This document shows, in pieces, positions 59,007 to 64,000 of a stretch of 64,000 nt of DNA. Position 1 is the stretch's first letter; each line of letters opens with the position of its first letter. Location of the stretch: positions 653 to 64,652 of the forward strand of contig JADFRQ010000013.1 in assembly GCA_022561215.1 (NCBI GenBank), given 5' to 3'. The DNA is from Chloroflexota bacterium (GTDB taxonomy: Bacteria > Chloroflexota > Anaerolineae > Anaerolineales > E44-bin32). Below the pieces are notes generated by a model. It saw only the letters and a program-made list of their open reading frames with translations. It was not told where the DNA came from and did not search any database. Position numbers and translations under genes: made by a program.

Positions 59007-59114
59007 GTCATCCTGAGCGAAGCGAAGGATCTCGTTGTTGGGATGCGAAGTGAGGTGCTTTTGCGAAAAGAGATTTTTCGTCAACCATGCTGCTCATGGT
59101 TTCCTCAGAATGAC
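59007..59114. repeat. nested-palindrome MITE-like element (family A), complete copy
   Basis: Termini GTCATCCTGAGCGAAGCGAAGGATCTCGTTG...CGAAAAGAGATTTTTCG...CCTCAGAATGAC. Preceded by TTAAT, as at 58756. Confidence 0.75.
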
Positions 59115-59129
59115 ATTTTGTACGCAGAA

Positions 59130-60584
59130 CTACGCTGCGAGTTCCCTGGAAAGCGCCGAACGTGCGGCGAAGTAGCCGCACATGCCATGCACCCCACCCC
59201 CCGGCGGCGTGGCTGAAGAGCAAAGGTAGAGGCCTTTGCCGGGGATGCGGTAAGGGTTGATCCTCGGCGCCGGTCGTGTGAAGTGTTGGCGCAGGTCTTG
59301 AACGCCTCCGTTGATGTCGCCGCCGGCGTAGTTGGGATTATAAATTTCCAATTCGCTGGCATTCATGGTGGCTCGCGCCAAAATTACCTCCCGAAAACCG
59401 GGTGCAAAACGTTCCACCTGATTTTCGATGCGTGTAGTCATATCTTCGGTTGAGCCATTGGGGACGTGACAGTAGGCCCAGGCGGTGTGTTTGCCCTCGG
59501 GAGCACGCGAAGGGTCAAAAAGGCTTTGCTGGGCGAGCAAAACAAACGGCCGATCGGGATGCTCGCCGTCCCACACCGCGCCTTCCGCGGCCACGATCTC
59601 TTCCATGTGCCCGCCAATATGCACAGTACCTGCCTGAAGACATTCCGACGCGGCCCACGGAATAGGTTCGTCGAGAGCCCAGTCGATCTTGAAAACACCT
59701 GGCCCATAGCGATAACGTTGCAGCCGGCGCCGATAAGATCTGGGGATTCTGGATCCCAGGATTGGCAGAAGCTGTTTGGGTGTTAAATCAAAGAGCACTG
59801 CGCGCGCAGGCGGCAGGTCCTCCAAAGAATCAATTTGCTTATTGGTCTCGATACTCCCGCCGAGGGAAATGAAGTGATCCGCCAGCGCGTCGGCGATGGC
59901 CTGCGAACCACCGCGTGCCATCGGCCAACCGACGGCGTGGGCCAACATCCCCAACATCAGGCTGAACGCAGCCGTGGGTGGACGATCCAGGCGCATCATC
60001 GAATGCGCAGCCATCCCGGCAAGCAGCGCCTGGGCGCGCTCACCGGAAAATTTTCCCCTAATCAATCCTTGTGCGGAGCGTAGTGCCTGCAAACCAAAAC
60101 GAGACAGGATGATGGGATGGCGCGGGATGCGTAGCGGGCCGAGGATTTCAGAGATCAAATTCTCCCAATCGCCGACCAGAGGCCCCATAAGGCGTACGTA
60201 AGCGCGTGAATCATCACCCAATCGCCGTGCCGTAGCCTCAATCGAACCGGCGAGCACCACCGCGGAGCCGTCGTCAAGTGGGTGTGCCAAAGCGGCCGGT
60301 GGCTGAATCCACTCGACGCCAAGTTTTTCAAAGGGGATCGTGCGGAAAAAGGGGGAGGCTAATGCGAGCGGATGGATTGCTGAACAAACGTCGTGGGTGA
60401 AGCCCGGCAGCGTGAGCTGCGCGGAGCGCGTGCCTCCGCCTACAGTTTCTCTTGCTTCGTATAGCTTAACGGCATGCCCCTGGCGGGCGAGATGGATCGC
60501 CGCGGCGAGACCATTTGGTCCTGACCCAACGACGATGGCGTCATAGCGATTGGTAATGGCCATCTGCCTAAAGTGTACTTTCAA
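59130..60584 (-). CDS. NAD(P)/FAD-dependent oxidoreductase, phytoene-desaturase (CrtI)-like family
   Basis: Dinucleotide-binding motif YDAIVVGSGPNGLAAAIHLARQGHAVKLYEARETVGGG. A C-terminal GGGVHG motif closes the FAD fold. The start is either TTG 60584 or ATG 60563. Confidence 0.8.
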   Translation of the reverse strand: MKVHFRQMAITNRYDAIVVGSGPNGLAAAIHLARQGHAVKLYEARETVGGGTRSAQLTLPGFTHDVCSAIHPLALASPFFRTIPFEKLGVEWIQPPAALAHPLDDGSAVVLAGSIEATARRLGDDSRAYVRLMGPLVGDWENLISEILGPLRIPRHPIILSRFGLQALRSAQGLIRGKFSGERAQALLAGMAAHSMMRLDRPPTAAFSLMLGMLAHAVGWPMARGGSQAIADALADHFISLGGSIETNKQIDSLEDLPPARAVLFDLTPKQLLPILGSRIPRSYRRRLQRYRYGPGVFKIDWALDEPIPWAASECLQAGTVHIGGHMEEIVAAEGAVWDGEHPDRPFVLLAQQSLFDPSRAPEGKHTAWAYCHVPNGSTEDMTTRIENQVERFAPGFREVILARATMNASELEIYNPNYAGGDINGGVQDLRQHFTRPAPRINPYRIPGKGLYLCSSATPPGGGVHGMCGYFAARSALSRELAA

Positions 60585-60766
60585 ATGAACTCATCAAAAG
60601 GGCAGCGATGAGTGGATAAGTATGTTTGCTAACGGCTTTTCTTTGTTGGAAAAAGGCATTTCTCAAAAGATATTGCTCCCTTATGAAGTGCCTTCTTCCT
60701 CTTTCGGCTGGCGGCGCTGAACAACCTTGCGCTGCAGCATGCCGATAAGGACTGTTTGAGGAGGGG

Positions 60767-60972
60767 TTGAAAATCGGCCAATCTGCCTTAAACTTATGCC
60801 TGCAGATCGGCGATCGTCATCGCCAAGCAGCACTGTACAGCAACCTGGCTGATTCCTACCACGCGCTGGGGCGAAAAGACGAGTCGATGGCGCAATCGAA
60901 AGAATCAGCCGCAAATTATGCTGAAATGGGGGTTGATTTGAACCAGTGATCTGGAAATTGACGGAATTGTAG
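60767..60972 (+). pseudogene. C-terminal TPR fragment of a regulator, frameshifted remnant
   Basis: TPR-like sequence LQIGDRHRQAALYSNLADSYHALGRKDES with no N-terminal domains upstream. The family-like tail PVIWKLTEL is only readable after a frame change. Confidence 0.3.
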
Positions 60973-61532
60973 TCTGAAATTCGATTTCACATGCCCAGCA
61001 GCACAGTTTGGGACACCGCCACTCCGCCCCATCTCCAAACTTTGATCCAGGCCCAATGTATTGCGTTACAGTCGCCTGAGGGCCGCCTGGGCCTATTTCC
61101 GACACGTGACGCTCGCAAGTTGCATCCAGCAGAGAACAAAATCAGCGGAATCTCCGTAAATCGCGAGAATATGCCGATCAGATCCCAGACAAAGCGGATT
61201 GCGCATAGCCTCGATTTTATTAAAATCATAGAAGTTTCAAGATTATTCAAATATATGGCTATGCGCATTATTTCTCTCGGCTGATTAACCGGGCCCACCT
61301 CCACCGCACCCACTTGTTCGATTCTGCCTAGCCTCCTCTGAGCACGATCTGCATTTGCCGCACACGACTAGATGCACATCTTGGCCGCATCGCACCTCGA
61401 TTTGCTTCGAGTGCCTGCGATCCAGGCCCAGATCGCAGTGTTTCCCCCTCTAACTTGACAGATAAGAAGAGATATGACATCATTAAATCAGGAGATAAGG
61501 AGATATGAAGACTAATACAATTACAGGTCCAT

Positions 61533-62840
61533 ATGGATAAATTAAGACGAGTCCGCGTTATTCAGCGCACCTACTACCTGATCACCGTTCTTTTCTGGTT
61601 TTCTCTCGCCCTACCCTTACCTTTAATGGTGCTCCTCATCCAGGCGCGTGGCATGAGCTTATTCCAGATTGGCGCGCTGATGGGGGCCTATTCACTTACG
61701 ATCGTTCTCCTGGAATTACCCACAGGTGGTCTTGCCGATGCGATTGGGAGAAAAAAAGTGGGATTAGTGTCCTACTTCTTCATGCTGCTCGCCGGAGTGG
61801 TGCTTGTTTTTTCCTTTTCCTTCCCGGCCTTTCTGCTTGGCTTCATCCTCAGTGGCATAGGCAGGGCGCTCACTTCGGGCACTCTCGATGCCTGGTTCGT
61901 CGATGCGCTTCAAGAGGCGGACCCCGCTATCGACCTGCAGCCCTCGCTTGCCCAGGCAGGCACCTTCACCTTTCTCGCCCTGGGAATCGGCACGATCCTG
62001 GGTTCGCTGATCCCGCGCTTTTTTTCCAACCTTCCCCCCGATGGCAGCGCTCTTATCACGCCGCTGGTCATGCCGCTGATTCTTTCATTTATCCCCCTAA
62101 TAGCCTTGATCCTGACGGTGCAGTTTCTGGTACATGAAGTGCGTCCCACCACCGCTCCTGCGAGCTGGAAAGCAGGCTTTATCCAGGTTCCCAGGATCAT
62201 CCGTGAATCAATCGACCTGAGCCGGGGAAACACGATCCTGCTTCTCCTCATCGGCTCAACGCTCGTTGGTGGGCTTGTTTTATCGGGTTTGGAGACCTTT
62301 TGGCAGCCCCATTTCGCAGATCTGCTCGGGGGAAGCGAGGGCAATAGCTTCGTTTTCGGCGTCATTATGGGGGGTAACTTTATCGTTGGCATGCTGGGTA
62401 ATCTGATGGCGACCTGGCTGAGCAAGCTCTTTAAGCGCCGTTATGGCTTGCTCAGCGCCGCGATCCAGGCCCTGCGCGGGATTTTTCTACTCCTGCTCGC
62501 AATCCAAGCCTCCACCATTCCTGCAATACTCTTTTTCTGGCTGACCTACTTAAATATGGGCATTCTTGCCTCCCCAGTCAATACGCTGATGAACAATGAA
62601 ATCCCTGCGGATCGGCGATCTTCGATGCTATCCATCATCTCGCTGACTGCCTATGTCGGTTCTTTCGTTGGCAGCGTTGGTCTGGGATTTATCGCCGAAC
62701 AAACCTCCATCGGATTGGCATGGGCCATCAGCGGAGTCGTTTTATCCCTATCCGCATTCTTATTCCTCCGAGTCGATAAACTGCTAACGCAAAGGACATC
62801 AGTCCATGAATATGAAGGCACTCTTCTCGAAACCACTTAA
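61533..62840 (+). CDS. MFS transporter
   Basis: 435 aa with about 12 TM helices. GGLADAIGRKK loop motif. Confidence 0.8.
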   Translation: MDKLRRVRVIQRTYYLITVLFWFSLALPLPLMVLLIQARGMSLFQIGALMGAYSLTIVLLELPTGGLADAIGRKKVGLVSYFFMLLAGVVLVFSFSFPAFLLGFILSGIGRALTSGTLDAWFVDALQEADPAIDLQPSLAQAGTFTFLALGIGTILGSLIPRFFSNLPPDGSALITPLVMPLILSFIPLIALILTVQFLVHEVRPTTAPASWKAGFIQVPRIIRESIDLSRGNTILLLLIGSTLVGGLVLSGLETFWQPHFADLLGGSEGNSFVFGVIMGGNFIVGMLGNLMATWLSKLFKRRYGLLSAAIQALRGIFLLLLAIQASTIPAILFFWLTYLNMGILASPVNTLMNNEIPADRRSSMLSIISLTAYVGSFVGSVGLGFIAEQTSIGLAWAISGVVLSLSAFLFLRVDKLLTQRTSVHEYEGTLLETT

Positions 62841-63612
62841 TAAGCAAACGCTGGCCGACAAGCTCTTCGCCGAGATCCAGGGGTTAATTCTCGACGGCAC
62901 GCTTGAGAGTGGTGCGGCGCTGCCGAGCGAACAAGAACTTGCCGAACAATACGGGGTCAGCCGCGCCGTCGTGCGCGATGGCACTCGAATGTTGATGGCC
63001 GTCGGTCTGGTTGAAATTCAGCATGGCAAAGGCGTGTTTGTCACACCGGTACAGAATGCGGCCTTTGGCCAAGCGCTCCTTTTGGCACTCAAACGCAGTG
63101 CAGCAACAGTTTGGGATGTCGAACACTTCGAGATGATCCTTTTTCCGGAGGTGGTTGCCCTGGCGGCTAGTGAAGCCACGGAAGAGGAGATTGAAGCGAT
63201 TCGGGCGGCAATGAAGGCCTACTTGGAGACGTACAATACCATGCTCACGCTTTCACAAGAAAAGATCGACCTTCAATCTGCCGACCAAGATCAATTAAGG
63301 GACGCGCTGCTCAGCAAGTACCAAGCCTTTATCGAAGGTATTTTTCGCGCGACGCATAACATGCTGCTGATGCAGCTCGCCCCTGCTCTCTTGATGCTGC
63401 GCAATCTACGCGACTGGCAATCGGAAGCGGGCGCTTCCTTCTCCCCGCAGGAGTCGGAGGCAGCCTATTTTGAGTCGTTGCTCGAAGCGATAGAATCTCG
63501 AGATCCCGATCATGCGCGCAAGATGCTGCGCGGCATGATGGTACTGCCGGATGAAGCGATCCGCGCGATGAAAAACACGCCGGTCGGCGAAGTGCCTACC
63601 ATTTCCAATTAA
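62806..63612 (+). CDS. GntR family transcriptional regulator (FadR/FCD subfamily)
   Basis: The wHTH sequence LPSEQELAEQYGVSRAVVRDGTRMLMAVGLVEIQHGKGVFV is followed by an all-helical FCD-like C-terminal domain. Overlaps the MFS gene 3' end. Confidence 0.85.
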   Translation: MNMKALFSKPLNKQTLADKLFAEIQGLILDGTLESGAALPSEQELAEQYGVSRAVVRDGTRMLMAVGLVEIQHGKGVFVTPVQNAAFGQALLLALKRSAATVWDVEHFEMILFPEVVALAASEATEEEIEAIRAAMKAYLETYNTMLTLSQEKIDLQSADQDQLRDALLSKYQAFIEGIFRATHNMLLMQLAPALLMLRNLRDWQSEAGASFSPQESEAAYFESLLEAIESRDPDHARKMLRGMMVLPDEAIRAMKNTPVGEVPTISN

Positions 63613-63663
63613 ACCGCGGTGCGCCTACTTCAGAATCGTCGGGAAACCGAGCCCACACCTGAA

Positions 63664-63688
63664 GTAGGGCAGGTTTCCATACCTGCCC
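63664..63688. repeat. short hairpin repeat, family B variant
   Basis: GTAGGGCAGGT-TTCCAT-ACCTGCCC. Relative to 36804 it carries a compensatory T->G / A->C change that keeps the stem paired. Confidence 0.7.
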
Positions 63689-63740
63689 GTCGATTACGAA
63701 TTAACCCTCCGCGACAGGTAACCGATCATTGGTTAACAAA

Positions 63741-63755
63741 AGGTGCAATGCACCT
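63741..63755. repeat. short hairpin repeat, family E
   Basis: AGGTGCAATGCACCT palindrome. Confidence 0.6.
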
Positions 63756-63904
63756 TCACGATCTTAAGCAGAGCGAAGTCATTCAGTTTTCTCGAGCAAA
63801 TGGCATTAATCTTGCACACCCAACCAGCAGCAACCGGATGACGTGCACTCACTTCTTGGGTGCGGGATAGGATCTTGCCAATTTTCGGCACGGCGAAAAC
63901 ACGA

Positions 63905-64000
63905 ATGCTCGATAGTAACTTTCAGATGACATCACGTATTAAGATCTGGCGCGCGATGGCTTATGCTTTCGCCTTGCTGCTGCTCACCGTGCTAACGCGA
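63905..64000 (+). CDS. 5' end of an ORF encoding a signal/TM segment (partial, runs off the window)
   Basis: ATG at 63905 (or 63926) followed by ...RIKIWRAMAYAFALLLLTVLT. Too short to classify. Confidence 0.3.
   Translation, partial: MLDSNFQMTSRIKIWRAMAYAFALLLLTVLTR

Overview
Moderately GC-rich bacterial chromosomal window. Gene content and repeat style suggest a Chloroflexota/Anaerolineae-like genome, but that is inference only. I support about 45 protein-coding genes, with no rRNA, tRNA or CRISPR. Intact genes cover metabolism (NMO-family FMN oxidoreductase, acetyl-CoA synthetase, MaoC dehydratase, GMC oxidoreductase, FAD/Fe-S 2-hydroxyacid oxidase fusion, PLP transsulfuration enzyme, CrtI-like oxidoreductase, penicillin-acylase family Ntn hydrolase, S9 peptidase) and phospholipid synthesis (cdsA plus a CDP-alcohol phosphatidyltransferase). 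The rest are three MFS transporters, two rhomboid proteases, a dodecin, a GntR regulator, a tyrosine recombinase, a Phd/VapC toxin-antitoxin pair and a run of four lipoprotein genes. Main finding: exactly four genes are split by in-frame TGA with no frame change, and each TGA is followed 10-18 nt later by a strong GC-rich hairpin with a G/U-containing loop, which is SECIS-like. Three of these TGAs sit exactly on a Cys of a CxxC redox motif: an AhpD/CMD-like protein (CHY-TGA), a DUF3179 lipoprotein (TGA-IVC) and a TlpA-like thioredoxin-fold lipoprotein (TGA-INC). The fourth is a tandem TGA-TGA in a SAM methyltransferase. I read this as selenocysteine recoding. The DUF3179 case and the tandem TGA may be undescribed. 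No Sec machinery (selA/B/D, tRNA-Sec) lies in this window, so the call needs whole-genome confirmation. Second theme: intergenic DNA is saturated with a nested-palindrome MITE-like element (ATGTCATYCTGA...TCAGRATGACAT, at least 9 copies) and at least four families of short GC-rich hairpin repeats. Two of those families show compensatory stem changes between copies. Third theme: gene decay is unusually dense, affecting two large STAND-type regulators, a VOC gene, membrane genes and a sensor remnant, through frameshifts and TAG nonsense codons. All calls come from reading the sequence and the ORF translations. No database search was run.
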